A DNA stretch of 13,734 nt, taken from Bdellovibrionales bacterium. GTDB taxonomy: Bacteria > Bdellovibrionota > Bdellovibrionia > Bdellovibrionales > DASUEL01. This document shows, one piece after another, positions 8,971 to 13,734 of this stretch; the first letter of the stretch is position 1, and each line of letters starts with the position of its first letter. Where the stretch lies: NCBI GenBank assembly GCA_050250255.1, contig JBFWOZ010000063.1, forward strand, positions 1-13,734, read 5' to 3'. A program made the translations under genes and the position numbers. The notes beneath the pieces were generated by a model, which saw only the letters and a program-made list of their open reading frames with translations, made no database searches and was not told where the DNA came from.

Positions 8971-9650
8971 AGATTTTTTACGAACTGTAGAACTTCTTCT
9001 GCGTGGCCAGGGACACTCACCTTGCGCCACTCACCTCGGAGAACTCCTTCTTTGTCGATGACAAAAGTGCTTCTTTCAACTCCGAGAACCATATTACCGT
9101 ACATATTCTTCATCTGAATCACATCAAAAAGTTTGCAGATAGTTTCATCTTCATCACTGATAAGATCCACCGAGTAGCATTGCTTCTCTTTGAATTTTTC
9201 ATGAGAGTCCATGGAATCGCGCGAAATTCCGTAAACCACCGTATCGAGATCCTCGAAGTCTTTTTTCAAACGTGTGAAATCATGTCCTTCAAGCGTGCAT
9301 CCTGGAGTGTCGTCTTTAGGATAAAAATAAAGAACAAGGTTTTTTCCCTTCAGGTGACCTAGATCAAAATCTTCACCAGTTGCTGGGGCAGCAATGTGAG
9401 GAACGACATCACCAATTTTAGGACCTTTATAGCCTTTTACCGCAGATTCGACGTTTGACTTAACTGCCTTCGCCTTCTTCACAACTTTCTTTGCCACTTT
9501 TTTCGTGGCTTTCTTTACTGCCTTTTTGACGGCTTTCTTCGCCTTCTTCATTACAGTGGCTGTAATCTTTCTCTTAGTCGTTGTTTTTCCTGACTTTTTT
9601 GTCTTTTTTGCTGCGACCGATTTTGCTTTTTTTGCTTTCTTTTTTGCCAT
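8967..9650 (-). CDS. bcp: BCP/PrxQ-family peroxiredoxin with a Lys/Ala/Val-rich histone-H1-like N-terminal extension
   Basis: Active site LYFYPKDDTPGCT (PxxxTxxC, Cys118), catalytic-Arg segment ERSTFVID, GISRD and C-terminal VSVPGHAEEVL. The start at 9650 is supported by AGGAG 7 nt upstream. Confidence 0.93.
   Translation of the reverse strand: MAKKKAKKAKSVAAKKTKKSGKTTTKRKITATVMKKAKKAVKKAVKKATKKVAKKVVKKAKAVKSNVESAVKGYKGPKIGDVVPHIAAPATGEDFDLGHLKGKNLVLYFYPKDDTPGCTLEGHDFTRLKKDFEDLDTVVYGISRDSMDSHEKFKEKQCYSVDLISDEDETICKLFDVIQMKNMYGNMVLGVERSTFVIDKEGVLRGEWRKVSVPGHAEEVLQFVKNL
9468..9539 (-). repeat. Six degenerate 12-bp coding repeats (KKAV KKAV KKAT KKVA KKVV KKAK) in the bcp N-terminal tail
   Basis: Residues 38-61 of the 8967..9650 ORF have a strict KKxx period; codons are diversified, so the DNA repeats are imperfect. 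Confidence 0.85.
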
Positions 9651-9657
9651 ATTATTT

Positions 9658-9662
9658 CTCCT
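9658..9662 (-). promoter_or_regulatory. Shine-Dalgarno site for bcp
   Basis: The minus strand reads AGGAG-aaataat-ATG(9650). Confidence 0.8.
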
Positions 9663-9697
9663 ATGCGATCCCCATTTTTTGGATCAATTGAGATGGA

Positions 9698-9725
9698 CTG
9701 GACAATTTCTGATCCATCTCCATAT
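9698..9725 (+). promoter_or_regulatory. Possible sigma32-like heat-shock promoter for htpX
   Basis: CTGGAC-N14-CTCCATAT versus the RpoH consensus CTTGAA-N13/15-CCCCATnT: a partial match. htpX is a heat-shock gene in E. coli. Confidence 0.3.
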
Positions 9726-9760
9726 TTATGAATCAAGCAGAGCATTAACAAATTGCTTGA

Positions 9761-9765
9761 AGGAG
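9761..9765 (+). promoter_or_regulatory. Shine-Dalgarno site for htpX
   Basis: AGGAG 6 nt upstream of ATG 9772. Confidence 0.8.
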
Positions 9766-9771
9766 TATTAA

Positions 9772-10662
9772 ATGGCAATGGCCAAAAGAATTTTTTTGTT
9801 TTTTGCTGTGAACTTGCTTGTCATGGTGACCATCAGCACTTTGCTGTCCGTTCTCGGTGTCACCACTGGCTTCTCTGCACAAGGCATCAACTATGAATCT
9901 CTCATGATCTTCTGTCTTATCTGGGGTATGGGCGGCTCCATTATCTCTCTGCTGATCTCTCGAATTATGGCAAAGATGATGATGGGCGTTCAGGTCATTC
10001 CCGAAAACACCAATGATCCAGAGCTTCGTTGGCTTCTCCAAACCGTACACCGTATGGCAAAGAGCTCGGGAATCACAACTATGCCTCAAGTGGGTATTTA
10101 CGAAAATCCGGAAGTGAACGCTTTTGCAACCGGTCCTACTAAGAACCGTTCTCTCGTGGCTTGTTCGACGGGCCTTTTACGCCGCATGAACAAAGACCAG
10201 GTAGAAGGTGTCATTGGACATGAAGTCGCCCACATCTCTAACGGCGACATGGTGACGCTCACTCTGATTCAAGGGATTGTGAACGCCTTTGCGATGTTCC
10301 TCTCGAGAATCGCGGCTTGGGCTCTTAGCCAAAATGTTCGTGAAGAAAGCCGACACACAGTTTATTTCATCACTTCTATGGTTCTCGACATCCTTCTGAC
10401 TTTCCTTGGAATGATCGTCGTGGCTTACTTCTCCCGTCTTCGTGAGTTTCGTGCCGATGCCGGCGGCTCGCGATTTGCGGGTCGTGATAAGATGATCGGA
10501 GCCCTCCGGGCTCTCAAAGGTACCACCGAAGCGGTGGACGATGAGCATCCGGCTCTGGCTTCTCTCAAGATCTCAGGCCGTGGCGGATTCATGAGACTGT
10601 TCTCAACGCACCCACCGCTTGAAGAGCGCCTTGCACGTCTAGAGTCAGGTCGTGCCCTCTAA
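9772..10662 (+). CDS. htpX: Membrane zinc metalloprotease HtpX (peptidase M48)
   Basis: N-terminal TM segment KRIFLFFAVNLLV, EVNAFATGP, zinc motif HEVAH followed by NGDMVTLTLIQG, FSRLREFRAD and FSTHPPLEERL. Confidence 0.97.
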   Translation: MAMAKRIFLFFAVNLLVMVTISTLLSVLGVTTGFSAQGINYESLMIFCLIWGMGGSIISLLISRIMAKMMMGVQVIPENTNDPELRWLLQTVHRMAKSSGITTMPQVGIYENPEVNAFATGPTKNRSLVACSTGLLRRMNKDQVEGVIGHEVAHISNGDMVTLTLIQGIVNAFAMFLSRIAAWALSQNVREESRHTVYFITSMVLDILLTFLGMIVVAYFSRLREFRADAGGSRFAGRDKMIGALRALKGTTEAVDDEHPALASLKISGRGGFMRLFSTHPPLEERLARLESGRAL

Positions 10663-10705
10663 TTTTCTCTCTTAAAATTCCATTTTTCCATCGAAGAATT
10701 GGAAC

Positions 10706-10736
10706 AAAAACAGGCTCCCCGAGAGCCTGTTTTTTT
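10706..10736 (+). terminator. Rho-independent terminator after htpX (potentially bidirectional)
   Basis: AAAAACAGGCTC-cccga-GAGCCTGTTTTTTT: a 12-bp stem including the A/T tracts, with a run of 7 T. Confidence 0.9.
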
Positions 10737-10875
10737 ATGCCTGCCACAAACCTGAGCGCTATCAAAATCTACGACGTTTTATTCTGAGAATTTACCCTTC
10801 AGGCCTTCCTATAGTTGCGCCCTCCATCGCACGGTTTTTGCTCTCTTAAGGTTTATATAAATGCAATGGCGGTCT

Positions 10876-10890
10876 GTCTCATTATGAGAC
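10876..10890. promoter_or_regulatory. Perfect 7-1-7 palindrome, candidate transcription-factor site upstream of the orphan gene
   Basis: GTCTCAT-T-ATGAGAC, ending 21 nt before ATG 10912. Confidence 0.5.
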
Positions 10891-10911
10891 TTGTGAATAT
10901 AGGGGTAACAA

Positions 10912-12021
10912 ATGGGCCTTCGGCAAAGAAAAATGAAAACAACTCTCTTCATTCTTTTTTTCTTAATGAGTTCGTCTGCTTTGGCGCAACCAAAAACAAC
11001 TTTTTTTGAAATTGAATCAGCCGGAGCTCCTAATCCCAGTTACGTAAGTCTCAATAAATTAGAAGAAATCGATCAGAATTTGCGTGGACACGATTTACAA
11101 AGCTTTCTCGCACAACAACACGAAGGTTCAAAATGGGCTCAAACAATGAGGCGTTTTTTAAGCCAATCAACGATCGTGAAAATGAAAACGATGGGGATTA
11201 GCATTTATCTTGAACACGGAGAAACAATTGGCTCATTAGCTAAAAAATTAAATGTCCCGATCGAAGAGCTACGAGAAATAGAAACAGCCGAAAAATTAGG
11301 AGCCCAATTAAAGCTTCCTATACATAAAATAAAATCCAATGCAGCCTCACTTGCTACGGACTTTGAAAAATTAGCAGCCACAGTACAAGAGCTTCATAAA
11401 ACTTCAGAAGGGGCAAATGATGTCCTACAACGAAAAGTTGGGAGGGCGGTTATCAATAATTTTGAAACATTGATGGTCGAATTAAAGGTTATCAATTTAA
11501 AACTTGTTCGTGGTCTAGGAATGGGAAACCATGACCCTTTTGACCGCTGGCAGGCACTGTATGCCGAAAATAAATCTAACGGAGACCTTATTCAGCATAA
11601 GGTGAATACCGACCGCGTATCGCAATTAAAAAGTATTCAAAATTCCCGACAACATACTATCCCATTAGAACAAATCACAGAGACTGAAGCCGAAAAAGTT
11701 ATTACAAAAGTACGCAGGCCCTCTAGTAAAAGTCTCGTTGCAGTTACAACAAAATCTAAGCTTCTCAATCGCATCATTCCAGGAGCCGGAGTTTTTCTTT
11801 TACTCGCTAATTCTGCTTCAGCTGCTACTCCAGAGGAAGCTGCCAAAATTCTTAGAGACGGAGCATTTGAAGAATCAGTGAATCTAGTTGCGCCGGTAGC
11901 GGCTCTCCCTGCTCATCTTGCGACCGAACATCTCATGACTGCAGCTTATTCCAAAACAGCGAATAGTATTTTTAAGGTTTTGTCCAACCAACAAAAAAAT
12001 CTGCAATCAGGACGGCGATAA
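10912..12021 (+). CDS. Hypothetical exported protein with a degenerate LysM-like motif
   Basis: 369-aa ORF with AGGGGT at 10901-10906 before the ATG (alternative start 10933). Sec signal peptide MKTTLFILFFLMSSSALA|Q. Residues 98-136 (IYLEHGETIGSLAKKLNVPIEELRE…GAQLKLP) resemble LysM. No family recognised for the rest. Confidence 0.75.
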   Translation: MGLRQRKMKTTLFILFFLMSSSALAQPKTTFFEIESAGAPNPSYVSLNKLEEIDQNLRGHDLQSFLAQQHEGSKWAQTMRRFLSQSTIVKMKTMGISIYLEHGETIGSLAKKLNVPIEELREIETAEKLGAQLKLPIHKIKSNAASLATDFEKLAATVQELHKTSEGANDVLQRKVGRAVINNFETLMVELKVINLKLVRGLGMGNHDPFDRWQALYAENKSNGDLIQHKVNTDRVSQLKSIQNSRQHTIPLEQITETEAEKVITKVRRPSSKSLVAVTTKSKLLNRIIPGAGVFLLLANSASAATPEEAAKILRDGAFEESVNLVAPVAALPAHLATEHLMTAAYSKTANSIFKVLSNQQKNLQSGRR

Positions 12022-12022
12022 T

Positions 12023-13336
12023 TTAAGCCTGAACGATCCCAATCCAACTTTTTAAATAACGTCCCTCAGGAAACGAGAGCTGTGTGGGATGATCTGGCGC
12101 TTGCGAGCCGCGCGCGATCCAAGAAACCGTTTTCCCCGCACGTCGAGCGGCTTGAGCGAGCATTTGCTCGAAGTCTTCATCTTTTAAAAGTCCCGAGCAA
12201 GAACAACTCACATAAATAGAGCCTACATGAGTGTGCTTAAGGGCTTCGGTGTTCACTTTTAAATAGCCACGTTGACCTGTGGGTAAATCTTTTTTCCCTT
12301 TTATGAGGGCTGGTGGATCGCAAACTACGACGTCGTAAGTAGGTTCCTTTAATTGCGAGAGCAGGTCCATAATATCCATTTTGTGAGCTCTAGTTTGTAC
12401 ACCCTCTTGAGCAGTATTTTGCTCAGCGAGTTTTAAGGCCGCCACCGACGAATCAACAAGATCTACTGCCACCGGCAACTGATGTTTTTTGCCAATCTTT
12501 GAAAGCCAAGAGCCCCACTGCCCTACATAGCAAAACAAATCGAGAATTCTTAAACTTTGTTTTTTTGTAGAGATGATCTGTTGCTCTAATAAATCACTTA
12601 CCAACTTGATGTTGTAAGCCTGGTCGAGGAAAAATCCGGTTTTCTGACCGTTGATCAAATCGATCGTAAATGAAGTGACTTCTTTTTGACCTGGAAGCTG
12701 TGTGAGGATTTCCACAGTTTCATCAGTAAGTGGATTATGAATCCACTTTGGAGCTTCGATCTCAAGACCATCGAGTTTTCTCATGTTGGAATCATTTTTA
12801 AAGAGAAGACTTGTGTCTTCCCAAGTAAGAGAGCTTTTTTGGTTTTCATTTTCCCAAAGAGTTAAATTCTTTAATGTACTTTCTAAATCAGGAAGAAGTT
12901 TTTGAGCTCCAGCGGTCTGCGCCTGTACCACAAAAACTTGTTTGGAATTTTTTAAGAGAAATCTTTCGATAATGAGTCCCGGAATTCCATCAGATTCCGC
13001 ATGTACTAAACGATGGCTTGTATGGCTTAAGCCCAATTGATGACGAAGCTGAGCCGCACGCTGAAGCGTTTGTGTGAGAAGGGCTTCGATAGAAAGTTCG
13101 GCATCGCGACCTTTAAAACTGAGTGCGCGGAAAGAGATCAAAGAATTGGGATGTCCATAACCAATCGCAAGAAATTCGTCACGCGAGTCTCTGAGCTCGA
13201 TCAAAGAGCCTGGCAGAATCCCTTTAGGACTATTCATAAGTTCATTAGAATACACCCAGGGGTGTTGAGCACGAATTCGTCGATCCATCCCCTTTTTAAG
13301 GAGCCAAACCGTTTTTTGAGCCACTGTTTTTGACAT
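12023..13336 (-). CDS. rlmI: Class I SAM-dependent rRNA methyltransferase, RlmI (23S m5C1962)-like, with N-terminal PUA-like domain
   Basis: HPWVYSNEL, RLVHAESDGIPGLII, GQKTGFFLDQ, SAM-binding ILDLFCYVG, DVVVCDPPAL, SCSCS (catalytic Cys region) and DHP…FPEGRYLK. Confidence 0.88.
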   Translation of the reverse strand: MSKTVAQKTVWLLKKGMDRRIRAQHPWVYSNELMNSPKGILPGSLIELRDSRDEFLAIGYGHPNSLISFRALSFKGRDAELSIEALLTQTLQRAAQLRHQLGLSHTSHRLVHAESDGIPGLIIERFLLKNSKQVFVVQAQTAGAQKLLPDLESTLKNLTLWENENQKSSLTWEDTSLLFKNDSNMRKLDGLEIEAPKWIHNPLTDETVEILTQLPGQKEVTSFTIDLINGQKTGFFLDQAYNIKLVSDLLEQQIISTKKQSLRILDLFCYVGQWGSWLSKIGKKHQLPVAVDLVDSSVAALKLAEQNTAQEGVQTRAHKMDIMDLLSQLKEPTYDVVVCDPPALIKGKKDLPTGQRGYLKVNTEALKHTHVGSIYVSCSCSGLLKDEDFEQMLAQAARRAGKTVSWIARGSQAPDHPTQLSFPEGRYLKSWIGIVQA

Positions 13337-13342
13337 AAGAAA

Positions 13343-13371
13343 GTGGTAAGAGATAGCGTTCTAAGGGTCAA
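13343..13371 (-). promoter_or_regulatory. Possible sigma70 promoter directly upstream of rlmI
   Basis: The minus strand reads TTGACC-N17-TACCAC-tttctt-ATG: good -35 and spacing, weak -10. Confidence 0.35.
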
Positions 13372-13734
13372 GAATTAGGACTGTTTTAGTAAAAAGGTGG
13401 CTAAGGCTTTGTCTTCGGCAGGAAGTAAACACTCACAACCTGTCGTTTACGATGATTTTCTTACTCACTACTGGCTTGTAAGGTGCCCGTCGACTTTTTG
13501 CCAAGCATTGTGTCAGATTTCAAATGCGTAGGAAATTTTGATGCGCTACTGCCACCGCAGCGGAGTCGTTGTGTGAATCACTACCCAAGTTTTAACAGTT
13601 CTTTCTTTTGCTAGTCTGGAATCATCCATCCATCTATGAAGAAGTCGGTCAAGTAAATAAACTTTGGCCTCTGCAGACTTTTTATTTACTGCCGTTTTGG
13701 GTCTTCGGGTGGGTGGTTAAGTCAGGGCTTCTCA

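Noticed and set aside
9468..9539. Periodic sequence as a possible CRISPR or VNTR array
   Set aside because: The 12-bp period has no spacers and is explained by coding KKxx repeats with synonymous variation; no cas genes are present.
9670..9677. CCCCATTT as a sigma32 -10 box
   Set aside because: No TTGAA-like -35 element at 13-15 nt upstream.
9505..9771. Phe/Ala-rich 88-aa + strand ORF resembling a membrane peptide
   Set aside because: It is the antisense read of the Lys/Ala codons of the bcp tail (AAA/AAG become TTT/CTT), so its hydrophobicity is an artefact.
9003..10548. ORFs 9003-9362, 9551-9778, 9745-10089 and 10177-10548
   Set aside because: They overlap bcp or htpX in other frames or strands and have no motifs.
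10815..11009. 64-aa ORF upstream of and overlapping the orphan gene
   Set aside because: TTG start with no SD; it spans the presumed promoter and overlaps the better ORF out of frame.
11637..13333. ORFs 11637-11846 (-) and 13037-13333 (+)
   Set aside because: Antisense shadows of the orphan gene and rlmI.
13608..13734. TTG-initiated + strand frame open to the window end (LLVWNHPSIYEEVGQ…)
   Set aside because: Only 42 codons are visible, with no SD and no recognisable motif; it cannot be supported without downstream sequence.

Overview
A compact bacterial chromosomal window centred on envelope biogenesis and protein quality control. The + strand carries a 5'-truncated TamB (AsmA/DUF490-type) gene translationally coupled to an Omp85 (BamA/TamA-family) gene with about seven POTRA repeats, followed closely by clpS and clpA. 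Next are a convergent BCP/PrxQ peroxiredoxin gene with a ~64-aa histone-H1-like Lys/Ala/Val N-terminal tail, a divergent htpX with an intrinsic terminator, an orphan secreted protein, a convergent RlmI-family rRNA methyltransferase, and a ~360-nt tail with no convincing ORF. The gene set and style suggest a deltaproteobacteria/Bdellovibrionota-like host, but this is an impression only. The most interesting observations are (1) the H1-like-tail peroxiredoxin, a candidate nucleoid-tethered antioxidant with non-canonical resolving cysteines, and (2) the orphan exported protein, which has a LysM-like motif, a second internal signal-peptide-like segment and a perfect upstream palindrome. I saw no CRISPR array, tRNA, rRNA or mobile element. 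All calls come from reading motifs by eye; no searches were run.
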